From the IMG/VR virus record IMGVR_UViG_3300005077_000450, positions 1-46,289 of that record: 46,289 nt of DNA; one strand, given 5' to 3'. Source of the stretch: a virus. Its lineage: Duplodnaviria > Caudoviricetes. Both the position numbers and the translations under genes were made by a program. The notes beneath the pieces were generated by a model. That model was given only the letters and a program-made list of their open reading frames with translations. It did not search any database and was not told where the DNA came from. This document shows, one piece after another, positions 27,918 through 36,910 of the stretch (position 1 is the stretch's first letter; each line of letters starts with the position of its first letter).

Positions 27918-30620
27918 ATGCAAGTAGCATTCGGCGTTGTCATTGGTGCGTATGTCGGGATTGCCCAAGGCCGTTATCCATGGTGGATAGGTGGTCCTGG
28001 CGGATACTTGGCGCACGCGATCGGAAAATGGATCGGCTGGCAAGACTGGAAAGATCCAAAGATTTCCGAAATGCCGAAGCTTGGCGAGATTGCGTTCTCC
28101 GGCGCAAGCGAAGGCCAGCCGGTTCCGTTCTGCGTTGGGAATGAAACGCGCGTACCTGGGACATACGTCTATATTAGTGCGTTGCGAACCGCGCGCGGTT
28201 CGCCAGAAAGATTTATTGGCAAAGGCGGCGGCGGCGATAGGCCGGATGCTCCGGTTCAGACTTTTTACTTCAAGGATGTGGCGCTTGTATGGTCCAGCAC
28301 AAAAGATGTATATTATGCCGCCGTACCCGTTAAGCGAATCCTTGCTAATGGGCGGCTAATTTATCTTGCCAACCATTCATCATCACAATCAAGCAACCAG
28401 ATATCTATTTACCAGGGTTCACATACTGACGAGATGGCGCTTTATTGCCCTTATACTGGGCCTTCGGGCTTCGATTTTAGAAAATTCGCCGCTGGAATAA
28501 ATATTACCATATCCGGATGCTCTAAGGCTGCGAACAACGGCACGTTTCTGGTTAAGGGGGTATATTATGATCCAGAATGGGCCGAAACAATTATGCTTAT
28601 TCATAATCCTGCCGGACAAAACGAAGCGGCGGGAGCCAACATCACGTGCACGCAGACATGGTCAAGCTGGCAAGACGAAGTTATCGGCATCATAAAAAAT
28701 TATCGTTCACTTGCTGGACACAATCTCCCGTCGGACGATCCACTAAAAGATTATTACGGCGACTATCCGCCTGGGTTTGGACGAAGATGTTTTTCATCTA
28801 TTGGCGGATTGTCGCTTATGCAGTTTTCAAACCAAATTCCGCGCATGGACGCGATCATCGGGCCATTAAGCGAGGGTATGTCTTCCTGCGGCTATAGCGA
28901 TGCTATCGATATATTTTGCAGGCGAGCGGATTTTTACGACATCGATGGGACAACCGCGATGTTTAATACGTCCCTCGTCAATGGTACGTGCAACGGATAT
29001 AATACCTATGGGCCTGGCCGCGTATCTGAACAAATCCACCCGCTAATGGTTGCTGCGAATGTTGCGACGCAAGAACGCAACGGCGTATTATATTTCTTTA
29101 GCAGGCAGAACGCGGATGAAGTAACCGTTGACGAATCGGACCTGGGAATCGTACAGGAGAATCAACAGCATCAAAAGAAGGTCGAAGTCAACGATCATAA
29201 AGATACGCGGATCCCTTCTACCGTAGCGATTGAGTTTGTGGATATGCACAACAACTACGAGAAGGCCGTCGAAGTATACGCGCCGGATATGAATGAACTT
29301 ATCGGCTATGGAACGAACAAAAAAAAGACGGCAGATATTATGAACATCTCGCTTGGCGTTGCCATGAGCAGGCCCGAGGCGGCGTGCATTGCCAAGCGGC
29401 TTCTGGGGATGGCGCGGGTAGGCAGGCTGTGGGTGAATGCAACGCTTCCTTTTAATTACATTCACATCCTTAAAAACGATAAGGTGATTTTAAGCGCCTA
29501 CGATACATCGTGGAAAATACTGGTACAGGAACGAACGCGGACGCCGGATTATAAGATTCAGATCGGCGGGCCTGTCGTTTACGATTCATTGCTGGAACTA
29601 GAATTCGAAGACACCGAATTAGACCGTGCGCTAAATATGCCTCCCGGCCCGCTTCAATTGTTTTTTGCGATTGTCGATGCATCCCCGCTGCAAGATGTCG
29701 ATGCAACGTCGCCATGTGTTTATTTTGCCATATCTCGGCTTAATATAGGCGCACCATTTAGAGGCGCGGCGATCTATGAAAGTGACGATGGCGCGACCTG
29801 GCATGAACTCGTAAAGGTTACAGAACAATCCGCGACGGGTTATTTGATGTCCGAGCTTCCAGGATGCACAGCGCCAGAAATTATAGATAACGCGAACACG
29901 CTTGAGGTTGAAGTCGCGTCAGACGATGAACTCGAAAGCGTGACGGAAGCAGAAATGCTATCTGGCGCGAATAGAATGGCCATTATCGATAGTGATGGGA
30001 CTACAGAAATAATTGGATACACAACGGCAACGCTTGCGGATCGCCGGTATGGTTGCGGCACCATCTATAATCTCACCGGGCTGTGGCGCGGGCTATGCAA
30101 TACCGAAGAGTCGGCCATCGCCGGGCATGATGCCCTTTCCAAGATTGTGTTTTTGAACAAACCTGGGCTTATAAAGCATCCAATTAATATTCGAATGAAC
30201 GGCGGTACGCGATATTATAAAGCTGTCCCTGTTGCTGGCGATCCTACGGATGATGACAATTATCCACCAATAACGCACGTGCATTCGGTTGGTTCGATCC
30301 GGCCTTACCAGGTATGCCATGCGCGGGCAGTTAGATCCGCAACGGGCGGAATCACGCTTTACTGGCAGCCGAGAACGCGTGGGATCACGCGCCTTTTTAC
30401 CGCAGCGAAGCCGCGATTCGAAGATGAGGCTTACGAGATAGACGTCATGGACGGCGAGACGGTGGTTCGGACGCTTACCGGGACGAGCACCAGGACGGCG
30501 ACATATTCCTTGGCTAATTTAACGGCGGATGGATTTACCGCCTTTGAGTCGATTACGTTTAAGTTTTATCAGATATCTCCGCTGATTGGGCGGGGCAAGG
30601 AGCTGGAGGTCACGTTATGA
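27918..30620 (+). CDS. central tail / baseplate protein (RcGTA megatron-like)
   Basis: GASEGQPVPF, GANRMAI..EIIGY, LWRGLCNTE, WQPRTR and YEIDV motifs. Confidence 0.8.
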   Translation: MQVAFGVVIGAYVGIAQGRYPWWIGGPGGYLAHAIGKWIGWQDWKDPKISEMPKLGEIAFSGASEGQPVPFCVGNETRVPGTYVYISALRTARGSPERFIGKGGGGDRPDAPVQTFYFKDVALVWSSTKDVYYAAVPVKRILANGRLIYLANHSSSQSSNQISIYQGSHTDEMALYCPYTGPSGFDFRKFAAGINITISGCSKAANNGTFLVKGVYYDPEWAETIMLIHNPAGQNEAAGANITCTQTWSSWQDEVIGIIKNYRSLAGHNLPSDDPLKDYYGDYPPGFGRRCFSSIGGLSLMQFSNQIPRMDAIIGPLSEGMSSCGYSDAIDIFCRRADFYDIDGTTAMFNTSLVNGTCNGYNTYGPGRVSEQIHPLMVAANVATQERNGVLYFFSRQNADEVTVDESDLGIVQENQQHQKKVEVNDHKDTRIPSTVAIEFVDMHNNYEKAVEVYAPDMNELIGYGTNKKKTADIMNISLGVAMSRPEAACIAKRLLGMARVGRLWVNATLPFNYIHILKNDKVILSAYDTSWKILVQERTRTPDYKIQIGGPVVYDSLLELEFEDTELDRALNMPPGPLQLFFAIVDASPLQDVDATSPCVYFAISRLNIGAPFRGAAIYESDDGATWHELVKVTEQSATGYLMSELPGCTAPEIIDNANTLEVEVASDDELESVTEAEMLSGANRMAIIDSDGTTEIIGYTTATLADRRYGCGTIYNLTGLWRGLCNTEESAIAGHDALSKIVFLNKPGLIKHPINIRMNGGTRYYKAVPVAGDPTDDDNYPPITHVHSVGSIRPYQVCHARAVRSATGGITLYWQPRTRGITRLFTAAKPRFEDEAYEIDVMDGETVVRTLTGTSTRTATYSLANLTADGFTAFESITFKFYQISPLIGRGKELEVTL

Positions 30621-31096
30621 CATACTCACCCATTGGCGGGCTATCCTATCATGTGCCGGGCGAGATTGGATCCGAGACAACGGTTAATGCCAACTATAAT
30701 CGATTGGAGACCATGGCCTGGTTGTTAATCAAGGATCGCGATCTAACGGCGCCGCCCGGGTCACCGGCGAACGGGGACGCGTATCTTGTAGCGGCGACGG
30801 CCACGGGCGCATGGACGGGCCAGGAAGGAAAAATCGCTGTCTACTATGATGGGTGGGTATTTGTAGCCCTGAAGGGCGGTGCCATTGCCTATGTCCAGGA
30901 CGAGGGCGAATGGCTTGGGTACACCGGGGCGGCTTGGGTGACGTTCCGCGCGATACATGGGCTTGTCGTATCAGATATCCTCGCAGGTGCCGCCGAGGTT
31001 GAAGCGGTTGCCTTGTCTCAAGTGCATGGCCTTACGGCTTCGGATATCATGGCTGGGGCGGCGGAGCTGGACGCGCCCGCCGTGGCCGAGGCCTGA
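30617..31096 (+). CDS. DUF2793 tail protein with two C-terminal 23-aa repeats
   Basis: DRDLTAPPGSPANGDAYLVAATATGAWTGQ motif; the last 46 aa are two copies of the 15737-17185 repeat. Confidence 0.85.
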   Translation: MTYSPIGGLSYHVPGEIGSETTVNANYNRLETMAWLLIKDRDLTAPPGSPANGDAYLVAATATGAWTGQEGKIAVYYDGWVFVALKGGAIAYVQDEGEWLGYTGAAWVTFRAIHGLVVSDILAGAAEVEAVALSQVHGLTASDIMAGAAELDAPAVAEA

Positions 31097-31123
31097 TCCA
31101 CTACGCATCGTGCGTTACGCATG

Positions 31124-31163
31124 GCCGGGATCCATAGGATAGCTATGGGTTCCGGCTGTTTTT
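31124..31163 (+). terminator. intrinsic terminator ending the late operon
   Basis: GCCGGGATCCATAG / CTATGGGTTCCGGC stem followed by TGTTTTT. Confidence 0.75.
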
Positions 31164-31243
31164 GTTAGCAAGCCGCCGTAAACCCGCAATATATACCAGT
31201 TTATAACGCCTAAAAAAAATCTGCTAAAATCTCAAGAATACTG

Positions 31244-31272
31244 TAGACACGCGTCGATAGATAGGATATTAT
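31244..31272 (+). promoter_or_regulatory. promoter of the accessory/ibrAB operon
   Basis: TAGACA, 17 nt, TATTAT, preceded by an A-rich UP-like tract. Confidence 0.55.
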
Positions 31273-31303
31273 TAGGGCGTTGACAACGAACGAAACCTTA
31301 AAC

Positions 31304-31659
31304 CGAAAGGAGCGAGCGATGAATCAAGAAATAAAGAGAGCGATGGAAGAGGCCAAGATGTCGCCGGTTATGGTGATGGAACAAGCAGAGGACTTTGAGA
31401 GCGAGGCAGCCATAGAGGCGCTTACGGCGATGAACAAGGCCGAAAACACTGGCAATGCTATCGACGCGGCAAACGCGATGACCGCCTGCGCGAAGTGGAT
31501 TGAGAAAAACGAGGATGCGGCATTACAGATCATCCGCAAGCGCATCCTTGCCCGCGCTGCATTAGCGGAGCGCGATGCGCGACCGATGACACCCGGTGAG
31601 GTTGATAAGCTGCTTGGGATGTAATATGAGGCAACCAGAGCGAAAGGAGCGAGCGATGA
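31304..31659 (+). repeat. 19-bp direct repeat spanning RBS and ATG of two adjacent genes
   Basis: CGAAAGGAGCGAGCGATGA at 31304-31322 and 31641-31659. Confidence 0.9.
31319..31624 (+). CDS. hypothetical protein
   Basis: ATG inside the RBS repeat. Confidence 0.7.
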   Translation: MNQEIKRAMEEAKMSPVMVMEQAEDFESEAAIEALTAMNKAENTGNAIDAANAMTACAKWIEKNEDAALQIIRKRILARAALAERDARPMTPGEVDKLLGM

Positions 31660-31934
31660 TACTAAAATACAACCATACAAACGACACTGACTCATACCAG
31701 GTAGTTGCTAACTATCATATTGTCATTGCCAGCGGGCTCAGCCGGGAACAATGTAGGGCAGAGATCGAGAAAATAGACATAGACAATAGTCCTTGGGGGG
31801 TGGTTGATCCTGTCGCACCTGGACAATCCATAAGCGGAGAGCTTGAATCGCCGGATGTCAAAGCGGAGGAACAAACGCAGTACGACGATATTTTCGGTTT
31901 TGGATTACCAGATGAAGGCCGCGATAAAAATTGA
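31656..31934 (+). CDS. acidic hypothetical protein
   Basis: ATG inside the second RBS repeat. Confidence 0.65.
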   Translation: MILKYNHTNDTDSYQVVANYHIVIASGLSREQCRAEIEKIDIDNSPWGVVDPVAPGQSISGELESPDVKAEEQTQYDDIFGFGLPDEGRDKN

Positions 31935-32283
31935 AGCAATCGGAGATAACTCTTACAGCCTATTTGAACAGCTCGGTAAAATATCTCCGCTTTTTGGTGG
32001 CACTACAAGGCCATATGGTGTTAGCGAGGTGTTTTGCGACCGCATAACTGGCGAGATACACCTAATGGCTATACGTGGTCGCAAGGACTACTCCAAAGCG
32101 AACAGCAAAGGTTCGCGCGGCGTATATCTCAATTATGTCATTGAGAGCGGGCATCTATATTTTGTCCGCGAGGCCGTATCGTGGAAGCGCATACGCGAAT
32201 ATTTTTGCCTAGCATCGGAAGACGGTGAAGTTGTCGAATTAAATGATACGGAGGCTATGTCGTGGCTGGCAAAAAATTCTTAG
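31912..32283 (+). CDS. hypothetical protein directly upstream of ibrA
   Basis: KDYSKANSKGSRGVY motif; overlaps the ibrA start. Confidence 0.7.
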   Translation: MKAAIKIEAIGDNSYSLFEQLGKISPLFGGTTRPYGVSEVFCDRITGEIHLMAIRGRKDYSKANSKGSRGVYLNYVIESGHLYFVREAVSWKRIREYFCLASEDGEVVELNDTEAMSWLAKNS

Positions 32284-33464
32284 GCATCAATGTATTGGAC
32301 GCTGCCAGAGCGAGGATTGCATGGGTATTCGATAACATCCCGCGCGTCTATGTATCTTTTAGCGGCGGGAAAGACTCTACAGTTATGCTGCATCTTGTGG
32401 CCGAGGAGGCCAGAAAGCGCAACAAAAGATTCGGACTGCTATTTGTAGACCTTGAAGGGCAATACAGGCTAACTATTGAACACGTGGCCGCGTGCTATGA
32501 TATGTACTCCGACATCGTGGAGCCTTACTGGGTGGCGCTTCCTATTCACCTCCGCAATGCCGTATCTCAATTCGAGACACATTGGCTCTGCTGGGACAAG
32601 GCGCGCGAAGCTGATTGGGTTAGGTCTCGGCATATAACATCCATAGGCAACGAATCGTTCTTTCCGTTTTTCCGAAGCGGAATGGAGTTCGAAGAGTTCA
32701 CGCCAGCATTCGGCCATTGGTTCGGCGACGGCAAGCTGACTGCGTGCTTTGTTGGGATTAGAACGGCCGAATCCTTAAACCGGTGGCGTACGATTGCCGC
32801 TGGGAGAAAGCAGGCCATGGACGGGAAGTGTTGGACTACGTGGTGCGGCGAGTCGTTGTGGAATATCTATCCAATCTACGACTGGAAAACCGAAGACATA
32901 TGGACCTATCATGGAAAGTATCCAGATAGGCCATATAACAAGCTATATGACAGAATGTATCAGGCTGGTCTTACCATTCATCAAGCGCGAATCTGCCAGC
33001 CTTATGGTGACGACCAACGCAAAGGATTATGACTTTTTCACGTTATAGAGCCGGAGACGTGGGCCCGCGTTGTGGCTCGCGTCAACGGAGCCAACCAGGG
33101 CGCTATCTATGCGCAGGAGAGCGGGAACGTATTGGGGAGGATAACCATATCCAAACCAGAGAATCATTCGTGGCAATCGTTCGCGATGCTGCTGCTTGAA
33201 AGCCAGCCACCAAAAACGCAGGAACATTTTCGAAATAAAATTGCAGTTTTTTTAAAATGGTATGCTGACAGAGGTTTCTCGAATGGCATTCCTGATGATG
33301 GACCTCTAGACAAAAGCGCGCCATCATGGAAGCGAATATGCAAAGCTCTGCTGCGGAATGACTATTGGTGCAAAGGGCTTTCTTTTACTCAGCACAAGTC
33401 CGCCGCTTATCAAAAATACTTGAAGCTCATGGAGAGGAGGCGCAGAGAATGGAAGTTGATTTAA
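32262..33464 (+). pseudogene. ibrA: IbrA/YbdN-like PAPS-reductase-family protein (DUF3440) with an in-frame TGA
   Basis: SFSGGKDS, GIRTAES and YPIYDW motifs; the frame continues QRKGL*LFHVIEPETWARVVARVNG with TGA at 33030-33032; NDYWCKGL. Confidence 0.8.
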
Positions 33465-33976
33465 CATGGACCACTAATCATCCGGTGTCCCGCGTGCAAT
33501 GGCTACCCGTTGAGCAACTGCACGCTAATGACTATAATCCGAATGCCGTGGCGCCGCCGGAGATGAAGTTGCTCAGGATCTCTATTGAAAGTGACGGGTA
33601 TACTCAGCCGATTGTTGCATGGATTGTAGACGAAAACGAGTACGAGGTCGTGGATGGCTTTCACCGTTACAAGGTAGGTGTCGAGCTTGGGCTGAGTCAC
33701 CTTCCTGTTGTTGTTATAAACGCCGCCAGAGCTGACCGGAGCGACCGCATTGCCGCGACGATTCGGCATAATAGGGCTCGCGGCAAACATCAGGTCGGAG
33801 CCATGAGCGATATCGTGCAAGAACTTGCGCGGCGCAATTGGAGTGACCAGAAGATTGCGCGCGAGCTTGGCATGGAACCAGACGAAGTTTTGAGGCTCAA
33901 ACAGATTACCGGACTTGCCGAGTTATTTGCTGACCGTGAATTTTCCGAGGCCTGGGAGGGCGATCCAGATGCATGA
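33449..33976 (+). CDS. ibrB: IbrB/YbdM-like ParB-family protein
   Basis: ANDYNPNAVAPPE, DGYTQPIV, VVDGFHR and TIRHNRARGKH motifs. Confidence 0.9.
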   Translation: MEVDLTWTTNHPVSRVQWLPVEQLHANDYNPNAVAPPEMKLLRISIESDGYTQPIVAWIVDENEYEVVDGFHRYKVGVELGLSHLPVVVINAARADRSDRIAATIRHNRARGKHQVGAMSDIVQELARRNWSDQKIARELGMEPDEVLRLKQITGLAELFADREFSEAWEGDPDA

Positions 33977-34157
33977 TACCTTCACCGTCTCTGAGGCCGC
34001 CCGCATTCTCGGCGTCCACCGATCCCGCGTCTGGGTGCTGGTGCGGGACGGCCGCATCAAGGCGACCAGGGCCGGGCCGATCTGGCTCATCGAGCGCGCC
34101 GACCTGGACCGATACAGGGCGCTTCCGCCGGCGCCTCCGGGGCGGAAACGCGGTTGA
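33969..34157 (+). CDS. excisionase-like HTH_17 DNA-binding protein
   Basis: TVSEAARILGVHRSRV..GRIKA..WLI. Confidence 0.85.
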   Translation: MHDTFTVSEAARILGVHRSRVWVLVRDGRIKATRAGPIWLIERADLDRYRALPPAPPGRKRG

Positions 34158-34182
34158 CCTTCCAGCCGCCCTTGGTTACCCT
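34154..34182 (+). promoter_or_regulatory. integrase promoter (probably leaderless mRNA)
   Basis: TTGACC, 17 nt, TACCCT; ATG 34190 follows after 7 nt with no SD. Confidence 0.55.
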
Positions 34183-34189
34183 TCTCGCC

Positions 34190-35728
34190 ATGGGCCGCGC
34201 CATCCTATATATCAGAGTCTCCACCGAGGACCAGGTCGCCGGGACCAGCCTCGCCACCCAAGAGGAGGCGTGCCGCGCTGCCGCCGCCCGGGGCGGGTTC
34301 GAGGTTGCGTCGGTGTTCCGGGACGAGGGCGAGTCGGCCAGGACAACGGACCGGCCCGGCCTCATGGCCGCCCTGGCCGCCGCCCGGAAGAAGGACGCGA
34401 ACGCCCTCATCGTCTATAAAATCGACCGCCTAAGCCGGAACCAACTTGACTTCCTCACCATCAAAACGGCGCTCCTGTCTTGGCAGGTGCAGCTTATATC
34501 GGCCACGGAGCCTATGACCGAAGACCCGGCGGGACGGCTCACGGCCTCCCTCCTGGCGGCCATAGCGCAGTTCGACAACGAGGTTCGCGGCGCCCGGGCG
34601 AGAAGCGGCATGGAAGCCCGGGCTAAAGCGGGCGGCTGGGTATGGGTTGCGCCCCTGGGGTTCGAGAATGCCCGTAGTCAAGCGGGAGGCCCTACGTTGA
34701 CCCTGGACACCATCCGGGCCGAGAAATTGCGTCCTGCGTGGTCCTGGGCGCTTGCTGGCGTGCCTTTGGCCGAAATTGCGGCGCGGCTTGAGGCGGCTGG
34801 ATTAAAACCGGCCCGAAATGGACAGCTCACCGGGCGCACCGTCTGGCGGATGCTCCGCTCCCCGGTCTACGCCGGGATGATGAAGACCCGGCTTGCAGAC
34901 GGGCGGATGATGCGCGGGGACTGGCCGGCGATCGTGGACGCCGAGACGTGGTGGGCCGTGCAGGAGAAGCTCGAGGGCAAGGCGCAGGCCAGGCCAAGGG
35001 TGACGGACCGGGACGACTTGCCGCTTCGGGGGTGGGTGCGGTGCGGATCCTGCGGGCGTCCGCTTACCGGATCGTGGAGCCGGGGACGCCGTGGCGGGCG
35101 CTACGCCTACTACCATTGCCACGAACGGTGCCGTGGCGTCAACGTGCGGGCGGATCGGCTTGAGGCCATGCTGCTGGAGGCCTTGGACGGCCTGGCGCTC
35201 CGACCGGAAGCGGCGAAGATTATCCGGGAAGAGGGAATCCGGGTTGCCCGGGAGCGTGAACTTATCAGCCGGACAGCGAAGAACGCCTCCGCGCAGGAAG
35301 CGGCACACCTGACACGCCAGCAAGACCGGCTCCTTGACCTCTACTTGGCTGGGCATCTGGACGCCGACGCCTACCACAACCGGGCTGGCAAAATCGCCGT
35401 GGAGCTGCTGAAGGCACGGGACCGGGCCGAAGCTGCGGCGGTGGAACACGCCGACTACCGGGCCATGATAGACGAGGCGCTGGCTCTTGTCGAACACCCG
35501 CGCCGATGGTGGCAAGCCTCGACCCTCAAAGAACGTAGGGCAATCGGTGCGCTGTTCTTTCCGTCGCCGCCGATTTTCGATGGAGAGGCTTGTCGAACCC
35601 CCGTAATTAACGAAGCCGTGCTACTTTATACGCAGCACGGCCTCGATGGTTCACGGTGGCACGCCACTTTGAACGAACTTGGAACCCTTATGCACTTTTT
35701 TTCGAAGGCTATAAGTATCGCGTCTTAA
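34190..35728 (+). CDS. int: large serine integrase
   Basis: YIRVST, DEGESA..RPGL, DRLSR, recombinase domain, Zn ribbon CGSCG..YYHC..C, coiled coil. Confidence 0.95.
   Translation: MGRAILYIRVSTEDQVAGTSLATQEEACRAAAARGGFEVASVFRDEGESARTTDRPGLMAALAAARKKDANALIVYKIDRLSRNQLDFLTIKTALLSWQVQLISATEPMTEDPAGRLTASLLAAIAQFDNEVRGARARSGMEARAKAGGWVWVAPLGFENARSQAGGPTLTLDTIRAEKLRPAWSWALAGVPLAEIAARLEAAGLKPARNGQLTGRTVWRMLRSPVYAGMMKTRLADGRMMRGDWPAIVDAETWWAVQEKLEGKAQARPRVTDRDDLPLRGWVRCGSCGRPLTGSWSRGRRGGRYAYYHCHERCRGVNVRADRLEAMLLEALDGLALRPEAAKIIREEGIRVARERELISRTAKNASAQEAAHLTRQQDRLLDLYLAGHLDADAYHNRAGKIAVELLKARDRAEAAAVEHADYRAMIDEALALVEHPRRWWQASTLKERRAIGALFFPSPPIFDGEACRTPVINEAVLLYTQHGLDGSRWHATLNELGTLMHFFSKAISIAS
35649..35674. 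other. candidate attP within the integrase 3' end
   Basis: GTTCA-cg-GTGGC-[AC]-GCCAC-tt-TGAAC inverted repeat around a central dinucleotide. Confidence 0.5.
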
Positions 35729-35895
35729 TCCATTTCCGCAAGGCGACGTTCCTGTGCGGCGAGTTCGGCCTTCTCGGTCTTCGCGTTGTTTTCGGCAGCC
35801 TCTTTTTCAAGCGCCTCTTTGGCCGTTACGCCGATAATCGTCAAAACAAAAACAGCCGCAGAGATTAAAATAACAATCATTGGAAAATCTGACAT
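35725..35895 (-). CDS. 56-aa single-pass membrane protein in the repressor operon (not in the ORF track)
   Basis: MSDFPMIVILISAAVFVLTIIGVTAKEALEKEAAENNAKTEKAELAAQERRLAEMD*; RBS AAGGAGAG directly after the repressor stop. Confidence 0.75.
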   Translation of the reverse strand: MSDFPMIVILISAAVFVLTIIGVTAKEALEKEAAENNAKTEKAELAAQERRLAEMD

Positions 35896-35910
35896 GGCGT
35901 GACTCTCCTT

Positions 35911-36576
35911 TCACTTACGCGGAACGATCGGCACCTCCCCACCGCGCTTCGAATCTACCGGATACATTCTTATTATCTCTGACTTTTTCATCGTGCGGGA
36001 CTGCCCGCGACTTGTGCTGAGTACCACCGTCTCCCCGTTTAATTCAACAAACCGAAGCAGGGCTTGCCCATCCCCAAGGCGCACCACCACCATATCACCC
36101 GTCTTTGCCGTCCTTGTCATATGGAACTTAACCTGATCCCCTCCTTCGACATAAGGTGCCATGTCATCGCCCTCCACGACCGCATACCCATACTCCTCCA
36201 CTATTCCCTCCCAGTTGACAAACCCTCCTCCTTCTGCCGTTGCCGATACTGTTCCCGAAATTTTTAGGCTTAGCATGAACGTGGCTCCCGAACGGCCCGA
36301 AGATACCCCGGATAAAGAAACTTGTCCAATAAAATCCGGAATATCCTGAATGGTTTCCTCGCCCAGCCACCAGCCTACGGATAGGCCGGTAGCGGCGGCT
36401 AACGCCTCGACGGCTTTTAGGCCTGGGGACCGATCGCCCGTCAAATATCGGGATATAAAACCGCGCTGGAAGCCGTGTTCTACCTCAAAATCCTGCTGCT
36501 TTTTTCCCTTAAAGTACTGCCCTAACCTTTGTCTAAATGCGGCCTTCTGTTTGCTTGAAAGATTTTTTCCTACCAT
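35911..36576 (-). CDS. CI-like repressor (XRE HTH plus degenerate S24 domain)
   Basis: ISRYLTGDRSPG..LAAATGLSVGWWLG HTH; VEGDDMAP and GDMVVV S24-like fold; divergent from the early genes. Confidence 0.85.
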   Translation of the reverse strand: MVGKNLSSKQKAAFRQRLGQYFKGKKQQDFEVEHGFQRGFISRYLTGDRSPGLKAVEALAAATGLSVGWWLGEETIQDIPDFIGQVSLSGVSSGRSGATFMLSLKISGTVSATAEGGGFVNWEGIVEEYGYAVVEGDDMAPYVEGGDQVKFHMTRTAKTGDMVVVRLGDGQALLRFVELNGETVVLSTSRGQSRTMKKSEIIRMYPVDSKRGGEVPIVPRK

Positions 36577-36617
36577 GGCGGATTTTTGGTTGAATCCTTT
36601 CCACCAAAAGCCGATAT

Positions 36618-36648
36618 ATTGGTAGAACGCTCATGGAAATCTACCAAT
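36618..36648. promoter_or_regulatory. operator-like inverted repeat in the immunity region
   Basis: ATTGGTAGA..13 nt..TCTACCAAT; AAATCTACCAAT recurs near 36803. Confidence 0.45.
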
Positions 36649-36910
36649 GCAGAATCAACAAAAAATACAGATAGCCGACCCGGGGGTGGGAGAGACACGC
36701 CAGCAACAGCGTAGTTTCCATGAGCAACCCACTCTCGGGCTCGGCTTTTATTCCATTAGGCCGGAAGCGGGCTGCGAACGCCCCTCCCACCGCGCAGAGG
36801 CAAAATCTACCAATCCAATCGACAAATCGCAACAGGAAAATCTGCGCGCGTGGGCGCGGGCGTATTGGACGGCCGTCTTCGACCGGATGGAAAGGGGAGT
36901 CAAGTCATGA
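36647..36910 (+). CDS. first early gene, hypothetical
   Basis: ORF with ATGA overlap to the next gene; start uncertain. Confidence 0.45.
   Translation: MQNQQKIQIADPGVGETRQQQRSFHEQPTLGLGFYSIRPEAGCERPSHRAEAKSTNPIDKSQQENLRAWARAYWTAVFDRMERGVKS

Noticed and set aside
15737-31093. Diversity-generating retroelement TR/VR pair from the shared repeat
   Set aside because: No reverse transcriptase; similarity is at protein level and differences are not adenine-specific
32262-33464. Genome-wide TGA recoding (Trp or Sec)
   Set aside because: All other long genes are intact under code 11 and many end in TGA with ATGA overlaps; the position corresponds to Trp, not Cys
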